Below, in pieces: positions 13,684-25,838 of a stretch of 64,000 bases of DNA. Position 1 is the first letter of the stretch. Each line of letters starts with the position of its first letter. The notes under the pieces are model-generated. The model did not search any database and was not told where the DNA came from. It worked only from the letters and a program-made list of their open reading frames with translations. The stretch is from Haplodiscus bocki. Its lineage: Eukaryota. The DNA lies in assembly GCA_965655095.1 (NCBI GenBank), contig OZ296650.1, positions 76,446,001 through 76,510,000 of the forward strand, read 5' to 3'. The position numbers and the translations under genes are program-made.

Positions 13684-16600
13684 CGACTGAAAATTTTTTT
13701 TTATCCTCGCATAAATTGCAAAATGATCCGAAGTGTCTGCTGAGTGTTTTTAAAAACGATTTATCTCAATACTGAAGCTTATCATTGCGTTTGACTGCCG
13801 CAACAATTTTGTCAATGTTTCTTTGGAGTAAAAACAAACTCAGACAAGAAATCGTGTATAAACGAAACAGAAAAGAGTTATATATATAAAATCATCATTC
13901 TGTGACTGCGGGAATAGTTTCCGTCAAAATCTCTGTGGAAAAAACTACCATATCAGAGGAAGAATCCGTTAAGAAGAAGAATTTAGAGCATACCTCAGAC
14001 TGTTGATGTTCCGAATGCTCCAAAAACTGCTAAAAAAATTGTGTCGTCGCCAAATTCAAACAAAGATTCCAACCTAACTGGCAGCTTGAGTTCTTCAATC
14101 AACGCCTCAGTTGGGAATTACAATTTCTTACAGAAGATATGTGTTTCGGAATCTTCTGCTTTTACCCCTGCATCAAAACCTAATAAACCAAAATTTCCAA
14201 AAACTGTTAACATTGGTGATTTTTCTCCATATTCGGTCTTTTCAAACCATGTAACTGGATGCTCGATTTTTTCGTCAAAGTGTTAACCGCAAGATTTCTA
14301 ATTGTGGAGATGTGTTCCAATGAAAGGTTAGGCATGTCGGTTTTTTCAATGTCCGTCAAAGCTCAGGAGGTTTTATGTGAACTACCTCCAAGGTCAGGCG
14401 CACTTATCTCCATAACTAGAGTCTTGAAGTCTTCCAAAAGAAGTTAGTCATTTTTTTCACCCTTATGGAGGATTTTCCAAGTGAAAGTTTCCTACTTTTA
14501 ACCTTGCATGTCCATCGGAAAGTCCAAAGTTTTTGGAGAGTGACTTATTGGTGATTTTTTTAATATCAAAAATCAATACCTTCTGAGATTGCAGGCATTG
14601 TTTTCGTCAAAATGTCAGTTAAAAGAATATATTTTCACAAGGCAAACTGACATAAAAATTGTTTGCTAATCCTTCCGTCAGAATATTAAAGGTTCGAATG
14701 GTCATGAAACAGCCATTAGTTTTCAAAATTCTCCAATTTCAACCGCATTTTCCGACGCAAATTCTAACTTGTTTTCTTCCAACAACGCTCTATTTGAAAA
14801 CCGCGCAGTTTTGCAAGATTGCAAGATGTATCGGTTTCATAGAGTTCTGGTTTGATGCTCGAATCAAAATCATAATGGTGCAGTTTTTCAATTAAAAAAA
14901 TGTGGTCATTCGTGAATTATCTCGTTCTTCAAACTAAGAGTTCCGTGTAACTACAGGCTCGATTTTGTTCCTCGAAGTCTCAGCCGAAAGATTGTTAATT
15001 GTTCAACTGTGTTGAAATCAGCGACAAGCATGACCATTGTTTGCGTCGATTTCATAACTCTCCGACAAATCGCAAAAGTTTTCTTTTGAAATACATCGAA
15101 TTTCGGTTTCGAAGATTATGCTTATTAGTGACTTATATTTACTCTAAAATCCAACTTTCTCTGTGATGGCAGGGTTTTTTCCCGCAGAATTCAAACCGAA
15201 GACAAATTACAATCTGAGCACACATTTTGGTAGAGATAATGTTTTTATATCCTCCCATCAGATTTTTGGTAGTCCGAATGCTACAAATGTTGCTTTTGAT
15301 AGTGTACAATATCCGATTCCAACCTCAGATGCCTACGTAATTGGCAACTTGAATTCCTCGATCAACGCCTCAAAAGCAATCAAAACAATTTTTACTGGAT
15401 GCCTCGTTTTTGAAATCCTCTGTTTGTATCCTTGTGTTAAGTCTCAAAACTCCGAAGTTTCCAACAAGTGTTATCTTCGATGATTTGACTCGATGTTCAA
15501 TGCAAAAGTTCCCTTCCATGTAACTGTAGGCTCATTTTTGATCTTCATTAGTACCTTCTTCCGTAAATACAAGCTTGATTTCTTCCAAACAGCTGTCAGT
15601 CAGAACTTTCACCTAATGAAGTTTTTTTTTCGACTGAAAAATCTCTTTTTTATCCTCGCATAAATTGCAAAATGATCCGAAGTGTCTGGTGAGTGTTTTT
15701 AAAAACGATTTATCTCAATACTGAAGCTTATCATTGCGATTGACTGCCGCAACAATTTTGTCAATGTTTCTTTGGAGTAAAAACAAACTCAGACAAGAAA
15801 TCGTGTTTAAACGAAACAGAAAAGAGTTATATATATAAAATCATCATTCTGTGACTGCGGGAATAGTTTCCGTCAAAATCTCTGTGGAAAAAACTACCAT
15901 ATCAGAGGATGAATCCGTTAAGAAGAAGAATTTAGAGCCTACCTCAGACTGTTGATGTTCCGAATGCTCCAAAAACTGCTAAAAAAATTGTGTCGTCGCC
16001 AAATTCAAACAAAGACTCCAACCTAACTGGCAGCTTAAGTTCTTCAATCAACGCCTCAGTTGGGAATTACAATTTCTTACAGAAGATATGGGTTTCGGAA
16101 TCTTCTGCTTTTACCCCTGCATCAAAACCTAATAAACCAAAATTTCCAAAAACTTAACATTGGTGATTTTTCTCCATATTCGGTCTTTTCAAACCATGTA
16201 ACTGGATGCTCGATTTTTTCGTCAAAGTGTTAACCGCAAGATTTCTAATTGTGGAGATGTGTTCCAATGAAAGGTTAGGCATGTCGGTTTTTTCAATGTC
16301 CGTCAAAGCTCAGGAGGTTTTATGTGAACTACCTCCAAGGTCAGGCGCACTTATCTCCATAACTAGAGTCTTGAAGTCTTCCAAAAGAAGTTAGTCATTT
16401 TTTTCACCCTTATGGAGGATTTTCCAAGTGAAAGTTTCCTACTTTTAACCTTGCATGTCCATCGGAAAGTCCAAAGTTTTTGGAGAGTGACTTATTGGTG
16501 ATTTTTTTAATATCAAAAATCAATACCTTCTGAGATTGCAGGCATTGTTTTCGTCAAAATGTCAGTTAAAAGAATATATTTTCACAAGGCAAACTGACAT

Positions 16601-19600
16601 AAAAATTGTTTGCTAATCCTTCCGTCAGAATATTAAAGGTTCGAATGGTCATGAAACAGCCATTAGTTTTCAAAATTCTCCAATTTCAACCGCATTTTCC
16701 GACGCAAATTCTAACTTGTTTTCTTCCAACAAAGCCCTATTTGAAAACCGCGCAGCTTTGCAAGATGTATCGGTTTCATAGAGTTCTGGTTTGATGCTCG
16801 AATCAAAATCATAATGGTGCAGTTTTTCAATTAAAAAAATGTGGTCATTCGTGAATTATCTCGTTCTTCAAACTAAGAGTTCCGTGTAACTACAGGCTCG
16901 ATTTTGTTCCTCGAAGTCTCAGCCGAAAGATTGTTAATTGTTCAACTGTGTTGAAATCAGCGACAAGCATGACCATTGTTTGCGTCGATTTCATAACTCT
17001 CCGACAAATCGCAAAAGTTTTCTTTTGAAATACATCGAATTTCGGTTTCGAAGATTATGCTTATTAGTGACTTATATTGACTCTAAAATCCAACTTTCTC
17101 TGTGATGGCAGGGTTTTTTCCCGCAGAATTCAAACCGAAGACAAATTACAATCTGAGCACACATTTTGGTAGAGATAATGTTTTTATATCCTCCCATCAG
17201 ATTTTTGGTAGTCCGAATGCTACAAATGTTGCTTTTGATAGTGTACAATATCCGATTCCAACCTCAGATGCCTACGTAATTGGCAACTTGAATTCCTCGA
17301 TCAACGCCTCAAAAGAAATCAAAACAATTTTTACTGGATGCCTCGTTTTTGAAATCCTCTGTTTGTATCCTTGTGTTAAGTCTCAAAACTCCGAAGTTTC
17401 CAACAAGTGTTATCTTCGATGATTTGACTCGATGTTCAAAGCAAAAGTTCCCTTCCATGTAACTGTAGGCCCGTTTTTGATCTTCATTAGTACCTTCTTC
17501 CGTAAATACAAGCTTGATTTCTTCCAAACAGCTGTCAGTCAGAACTTTCACCTAATGAAGGTTTTTTTTCGACTGAAAAATTTTTTTTTATCCTCGCATA
17601 AATTGCAAAATGATCCGAAGTTTCTGGTGAGTGTTTTTAAAAAAGATTTATCTCAATACTGAAGCTTATCATTGCGTTTGACTGCCGCAACAATTTTGTC
17701 AAAGTTTCTTTGGAGTAAAAACAAACTCAGACAAGAAATCGTGTATAAACGAAACAGAAAAGAGTTATATATATAAAATCATCATTCTGTGACTGCGGGA
17801 ATAGTTTCCGTCAAAATCTCTGTGGAAAAAACTACCATATCAGAGGAAGAATCCGTTAAGAAGAAGAATTTAGAGCATACCTCAGACTGTTGATGTTCCG
17901 AATGCTCCAAAAACTGCTAAAAAAATTGTGTCGTCGCCAAATTCAAACAAAGATTCCAACCTAACTGGCAGCTTGAGTTCTTCAATCAACGCCTCAGTTG
18001 GGAATTACAATTTCTTACAGAAGATATGGGTTTCGGAATCTTCTGCTTTTACCCCTGCATCAAAACCTAATAAACCAAAATTTCCAAAAACTGTTAACAT
18101 TGGTGATTTTTCTCCATATTCGGTCTTTTCAAACCATGTAACTGGATGCTCGATTTTTTCGTCAAAGTGTTAACCGCAAGATTTCTAATTGTGGAGATGT
18201 GTTCCAATGAAAGGTTAGGCGTGTCGGTTTTTTCAATGTCCGTCAAAGCTCAGGAGGTTTTATGTGAACTACCTCCAAGGTCAGGCGCACTTATCTCCAT
18301 AACTAGAGTCTTGAAGTCTTCCAAAAGAAGTTAGTCATTTTTTTCACCCTTATGGAGGATTTTCCAAGTGAAAGTTTCCTACTTTTAACCTTGCATGTCC
18401 ATCGGAAAGTCCAAAGTTTTTGGAGAGTGACTTATTGGTGATTTTTTTAATATCAAAAATCAATACCTTCTGAGATTGCAGGCATTGTTTTCGTCAAAAT
18501 GTCAGTTAAAAGAATATATTTTCACAAGGCAAACTGACATAAAAAAATTGTTTGCTAATCCTTCCGTCAGAATATTAAAGGTTCGAATGGTCATGAAACA
18601 GCTACTAGTTTTCAAAATTCTCCAATTTCAACCGCATTTTCCGACGCAAATTCTAACTTGTTTTCTTCCAACAACGCTCTATTTGAAAACCGCGCAGTTT
18701 TGCAAGATGTGTCGGTTTCATAGAGTTCTGGTTTGATGCTCGAATCAAAATCATAATGGTGCAGTTTTTCAATTAAAAAAATGTAGTCATTCGTGAATTA
18801 TCTCGTTCTTCAAACTAAGAGTTCCGTGTAACTACAGGCTCGATTTTGTTCCTCGAAGTCTCAGCCGAAAGATTGTTAATTGTTCAACTGTGTTGAAATC
18901 AGCGACAAGCATGACCATTGTTTGCGTCGATTTCATAACTCTCCGACAAATCGCAAAAGTTTTCTTTTGAAATACATCGAATTTCGGTTTCGAAGATTGT
19001 GCTTATTAGTGACTTATATTGACTCTAAAATCCAACTTTCTCTGTGATGGCAGGGTTTTTTCCCGCAGAATTCAAACCGAAGACAATTTACAATCTGAGA
19101 ACACAATTTGGTAGAGATATTGTTTTTATATCCTCCCTTCAGATTTTTGGTAGTCCGAATGCTACAAATGTTGCTTTTGATAGTGTACAATATCCGATTC
19201 CAACCTCAGATGCCTACGTAATTGGCAACTTGAATTCCTCGATCAACGCCTCAAAAGAAATCAAAACAATTTTTACTGGATGCCTCGTTTTTGAAATCCT
19301 CTGTTTGTATCCTTGTGTTAAGTCTCAAAACTCCGAAGTTTCCAACAAGTGTTATCTTCGATGATTTGACTCGATGTTCAAAGCAAAAGTTCCCTTCCAT
19401 GTAACTGTAGGCCCGTTTTTGATCTTCATTAGTACCTTCTTCCGTAAATACAAGCTTGATTTCTTCCAAACAGCTGTCAGTCAGAACTTTCACCTAATGA
19501 AGGTTTTTTTCGACTGAAAAATTTTTTTTTATCCTCGCATAAATTGCAAAATGATCCGAAGTTTCTGGTGAGTGTTTTTAAAAAAGATTTATCTCAATAC

Positions 19601-22600
19601 TGAAGCTTATCATTGCGTTTGACTGCCGCAACAATTTTGTCAAAGTTTCTTTGGAGTAAAAACAAACTCAGACAAGAAATCGTGTATAAACGAAACAGAA
19701 AAGAGTTATATATATAAAATCATCATTCTGTGACTGCGGGAATAGTTTCCGTCAAAATCTCTGTGGAAAAAACTACCATATCAGAGGAAGAATCCGTTAA
19801 GAAGAAGAATTTAGAGCATACCTCAGACTGTTGATGTTCCGAATGCTCCAAAAACTGCTAAAAAAATTGTGTCGTCGCCAAATTCAAACAAAGATTCCAA
19901 CCTAACTGGCAGCTTGAGTTCTTCAATCAACGCCTCAGTTGGGAATTACAATTTCTTACAGAAGATATGGGTTTCGGAATCTTCTGCTTTTACCCCTGCA
20001 TCAAAACCTAATAAACCAAAATTTCCAAAAACTGTTAACATTGGTGATTTTTCTCCATATTCGGTCTTTTCAAACCATGTAACTGGATGCTCGATTTTTT
20101 CGTCAAAGTGTTAACCGCAAGATTTCTAATTGTGGAGATGTGTTCCAATGAAAGGTTAGGCATGTCGGTTTTTTCAATGTCCGTCAAAGCTCAGGAGGTT
20201 TTATGTGAACTACCTCCAAGGTCAGGCGCACTTATCTCCATAACTAGAGTCTTGAAGTCTTCCAAAAGAAGTTAGTCATTTTTTTCACCCTTATGGAGGA
20301 TTTTCCAAGTGAAAGTTTCCTACTTTTAACCTTGCATGTCCATCGGAAAGTCCAAAGTTTTTGGAGAGTGACTTATTGGTGATTTTTTTAATATCAAAAA
20401 TCAATACCTTCTGAGATTGCAGGCATTGTTTTCGTCAAAATGTCAGTTAAAAGAATATATTTTCACAAGGCAAACTGACATAAAAATTGTTTGCTAATCC
20501 TTCCGTCAGAATATTAAAGGTTCGAATGGTCATGAAACAGCCATTAGTTTTCAAAATTCTCCAATTTCAACCGCATTTTCCGACGCAAATTCTAACTTGT
20601 TTTCTTCCAACAACGCTGTATTTGAAAACCGCGCAGTTTTGCAAGATTGCAAGATGTATCGGTTTCATAGAGTTCTGGTTTGATGCTCGAATCAAAATCA
20701 TAATGGTGCAGTTTTTCAATTAAAAAAATGTGGTCATTCGTGAATTATCTCGTTCTTCAAACTAAGAGTTCCGTGTAACTACAGGCTCGATTTTGTTCCT
20801 CGAAGTCTCAGCCGAAAGATTGTTAATTGTTCAACTGTGTTGAAATCAGCGACAAGCATGACCATTGTTTGCGTCGATTTCATAACTCTCCGACAAATCG
20901 CAAAAGTTTTCTTTTGAAATACATCGAATTTCGGTTTCGAAGATTATGCTTATTAGTGACTTATATTGACTCTAAAATCCAACTTTCTCTGTGATGGCAG
21001 GGTTTTTTCCCGCAGAATTCAAACCGAAGACAATTTACAATCTGAGCACACAATTTGGTAGAGATAATGTTTATATATCCTCCCATCAGATTTTTGGTAG
21101 TCCGAATGCTACAAATGTTGCTTTTGATAGTGTACAATATCCGATTCCAACCTCAGATGCCTACGTAATTGGCAACTTGAATTCCTCGATCAACGCCTCA
21201 AAAGCAATCAAAACAATTTTTACTGGATGCCTCGTTTTTGAAATCCTCTGTTTGTATCCTTGTGTTAAGTCTCAAAACTCCGAAGTTTCCAACAAGTGTT
21301 ATCTTCGATGATTTGACTCGATGTTCAAAGCAAAAGTTCCCTTCCATGTAACTGTAGGCCCGTTTTTGATCTTCATTAGTACATTCTTCCGTAAATACAA
21401 GCTTGATTTCTTCCAAACAGCTGTCAGTCAGAACTTTCACCTAATGAAGGTTTTTTTTCGACTGAAAATTTTTTTTTTTATCCTCGCATAAATTGCAAAA
21501 TGATCCGAAGTGTCTGGTGAGTGTTTTTAAAAACGATTTATCTCAATACTGAAGCTTATCATTGCGTTTGACTGCCGCAACAATTTTGTCAATGTTTCTT
21601 TGGAGTAAAAACAAAGTCAGACAAGAAATCGTGTATAAACGAAACAGAAAAGAGTTATATATATAAAATCATCATTCTGTGACTGCGGGAATAGTTTCCG
21701 TCAAAATCTCTGTGGAAAAAACTACCATATCAGAGGATGAATCCGTTAAGAAGAAGAATTTAGAGCCTACCTCAGACTGTTGATGTTCCGAATGCTCCAA
21801 AAACTGCTAAAAAAATTGTGTCGTCGCCAAATTCAAACAAAGATTCCAACCAAACTGGCAGCTTGAGTTCTTCAATCAACGCCTCAGTTGGGAATTTTAA
21901 TTTCTTACAGAAGATATGGGTTTCGGAATCTTCTGCTTTTACCCCTGCATCAAAACCTAATAAACCAAAATTTCCAAAAACTGTTAACATTGGTGATTTT
22001 TCTCCATATTCGGTCTTTTCAAACCATGTAACTGGATGCTCGATTTTTTCGTCAAAGTGTTAACCGCAAGATTTCTAATTGTGGAGATGTGTTCCAATGA
22101 AAGGTTAGGCATGTCGGTTTTTTCAATGTCCGTCAAAGCTCAGGAGGTTTTGTGTGAACTACCTCCAAGGTCAGGCGCACTTATCTCCATAACTAGAGGC
22201 TTGAAGTCTTCCAAAAGAAGTTAGTCATTTTTTTCACCCTTATGGAGGATTTTCCAAGTGAAAGTTTCTTACTTTTAACCTTGCATGTCCATCGGAAAGT
22301 CCAAAGTTTTTGGAGAGTGACTTATTGGTGATTTTTTTAATATCAAAAATCAATACCTTCTGAGATTGCAGGCATTGTTTTCGTCAAAATGTCAGTTAAA
22401 AGAATATATTTTCACAAGGCAAACTGACATAAAAATTGTTTGCTAATCCTTCCGTCAGAATATTAAAGGTTCGAATGGTCATGAAACAGCCATTAGTTTT
22501 CAAAATTCTCCAATTTCAACCGCATTTTCCGAGGCAAATTCTAACTTGTTTTCTTCCAACAAAGCCCTATTTGAAAACCGCGCAGCTTTGCAAGATGTAT

Positions 22601-25600
22601 CGGTTTCATAGAGTTCTGGTTTGATGCTTGAATCAAAATCATAATGGTGCAGTTTTTCAATTAAAAAAATGTGGTCATTCGTGAATTATCTCGTTCTTCA
22701 AACTAAGAGTTCCGTGTAACCACAGGCTCGATTTTGTTCCTCGAAGTCTCAGCCGAAAGATTGTTAATTGTTCAACTGTGTTGAAATCAGCGACAAGCAT
22801 GACCATTGTTTGCGTCGATTTCATAACTCTCCGACAAATCGCAAAAGTTTTCTTTTGAAATACATCGAATTTCGGTTTCGAAGATTGTGCTTATTAGTGA
22901 CTTATATTGACTCAAAAATCCAACTTTCTCTGTGATGGCAGGGTTTTTTCCCGCAGAATTCAAACCGAAGACAATTTACAATCTGAGAACACAATTTGGT
23001 AGAGATATTGTTTTTATATCCTCCCTTCAGATTTTTGGTAGTCCGAATGCTACAAATGTTGCTTTTGATAGTGTACAATATCCGATTCCAACCTCAGATG
23101 CCTACGTAATTGGCAACTTGAATTCCTCGATCAACGCCTCAAAAGAAATCAAAACAATTTTTACTGGATGCCTCGTTTTTGAAATCCTCTGTTTGTATCC
23201 TTGTGTTAAGTCTCAAAACTCCGAAGTTTCCAACAAGTGTTATCTTCGATGATTTGACTCGATGTTCAAAGCAAAAGTTCCCTTCCATGTAACTGTAGGC
23301 CCGTTTTTGATCTTCATTAGTACCTTCTTCCGTAAATACAAGCTTGATTTCTTCCAAACAGCTGTCAGTCAGAACTTTCACCTAATGAAGGTTTTTTTTC
23401 GACTGAAAATTTTTTTTTATCCTCGCATAAATTGCAAAATGATCCGAAGTGTCTGGTGAGTGTTTTTAAAAACGATTTATCTCAATACTGAAGCTTATCA
23501 TTGCGTTTGACTGCCGCAACAATTTTGTCAAAGTTTCTTTGGAGTAAAAACAAACTCAGACAAGAAATCGTGTATAAATGAAACAGAAAAGAGTTATATA
23601 TATAAAATCATCATTCTGTGACTGCGGGAATAGTTTCCGTCAAAATCTCTGTGGAAAAAACTACCATATCAGAGGATGAATCCGTTAAGAAGAAGAATTT
23701 AGAGCCTACCTCAGACTGTTGATGTTCCGAATGCTCCAAAAACTGCTAAAAAAATTGTGTCGTCGCCAAATTCAAACAAAGATTCCAACCTAACTGGCAG
23801 CTTGAGTTCTTCAATCAACGCCTCAGTTGGGAATTTTATTTTCTTACAGAAGATATGGGTTTCGGAATCTTCTGCTTTTACCCCTGCATCAAAACCTAAT
23901 AAACCAAAATTTCCAAAAACTGTTAACATTGGTGATTTTTCTCCATATTCGGTCTTTTCAAACCATGTAACTGGATGCTCGATTTTTTCGTCAAAGTGTT
24001 AACCGCAAGATTTCTAATTGTGGAGATGTGTTCCAATGAAAGGTTAGTCATGTCGGTTTTTTCAATGTCCGTCAAAGCTCAGGAGGTTTTATGTGAACTA
24101 CCTCCAAGGTCAGGCGCACTTTTCTCCATAACTAGAGTCTTGAAGTCTTCCAAAAGAAGTTAGTCATTTTTTTCACCCTTATGGAGGATTTTCCAAGTGA
24201 AAGTTTCTTACTTTTAACCTTGCATGTCCATCGGAAAGTCCAAAGTTTTTGGAGAGTGACTTATTGGTGATTTTTTTAATATCAAAAATCAATACCTTCT
24301 GAGATTGCAGGCATTGTTTTCGTCAAAATGTCAGTTAAAAGAATATATTTTCACAAGGCAAACTGACATAAAAAAAATTGTTTGCTAATCCTTCCGTCAG
24401 AATATTAAAGGTTCGAATGGTCATGAAACAGCTACTAGTTTTCAAAATTCTCCAATTTCAACCGCATTTTCCGACGCAAATTCTAACTTGTTTTCTTCCA
24501 ACAACGCTCTATTTGAAAACCGCGCAGTTTTGCAAGATGTGTTGGTTTCATAGAGTTCTGGTTTGATGCTCGAATCAAAATCATAATGGTGCAGTTTTTC
24601 AATTAAAAAAAATGTAGTCATTCGTGAATTATCTCGTTCTTCAAACTAAGAGTTCCGTGTAACTACAGGCTCGATTTTGTTCCTCGAAGTCTCAGCCGAA
24701 AGATTGTTAATTGTTCAACTGTGTTGAAATCAGCGACAAGCATGACCATTGTTTGCGTCGATTTCATAACTCTCCGACAAATCGCAAAAGTTTTCTTTTG
24801 AAATACATCGAATTTCGGTTTCGAAGATTATGCTTATTAGTGACTTATATTGACTCTAAAATCCAACTTTCTCTGTGATGGCAGGGTTTTTTCCCGCAGA
24901 ATTCAAACCGAAGACAATTTACAATCTGAGCACACAATTTGGTAGAGATAATGTTTTTATATCCTCCCATCAGATTTTTGGTAGTCCGAATGCTACAAAT
25001 GTTGCTTTTGATAGTGTACAATATCCGATTCCAACCTCAGATGCCTACGTAATTGGCAACTTGAATTCCTCGATCAACGCCTCAAAAGCAATCAAAACAA
25101 TTTTTACTGGATGCCTCGTTTTTGAAATCTTCTGTTTGTATCCTTGTGTTAAGTCTCAAAACTCCGAAGTTTCCAACAAGTGTTATCTTCGATGATTTGA
25201 CTCGATGTTCAAAGCAAAAGTTCCCTTCCATGTAACTGTAGGCTCGTTTTTGATCTTCATTAGTACCTTCTTCCGTAAATACAAGCTTGATTTCTTCCAA
25301 ACAGCTGTCAGTCAGAACTTTCACCTAATGAAGGTTTTTTTTCGACTGAAAATTTTTTTTTTATCCTCGCATAAATTGCAAAATGATCCGAAGTGTCTGG
25401 TGAGTGTTTTTAAAAACGATTTATCTCAATACTGAAGCTTATCATTGCGTTTGACTGCCGCAACAATTTTGTCAAAGTTTCTTTGGAGTAAAAACAAACT
25501 CAGACAAGAAATCGTGTATAAACGAAACAGAAAAGAGTTATATATATAAAATCATCATTCTGTGACTGCGGGAATAGTTTCCGTCAAAATCTCTGTGGAA

Positions 25601-25838
25601 AAAACTACCATATCAGAGGATGAATCCGTTAAGAAGAAGAATTTAGAGCCTACCTCAGACTGTTGATGTTCCGAATGCTCCAAAAACTGCTAAAAAAATT
25701 GTGTCGTCGCCAAATTCAAACAAAGATTCCAACCTAACTGGCAGCTTGAGTTCTTCAATCAACGCCTCAGTTGGGAATTACAATTTCTTACAGAAGATAT
25801 GGGTTTCGGAATCTTCTGCTTTTACCCCTGCATCAAAA
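13681..25838. repeat. Homogeneous ~1.94 kb higher-order repeat, six full copies
   Basis: The anchor GTGTCGTCGCCAAATTC occurs at 14041, 15990, 17928, 19869, 21818, 23757 and 25701 (periods 1949, 1938, 1941, 1949, 1939, 1944). Copies differ only by scattered SNVs and small indels. Confidence 0.97.

Noticed and set aside
13897-13913. CENP-B box-like 17-mer ATTCTGTGACTGCGGGA
   Set aside because: It matches only 7 of the 9 essential positions (G5 and A10 are missing), and CENP-B box function is mammalian. Chance is likely.
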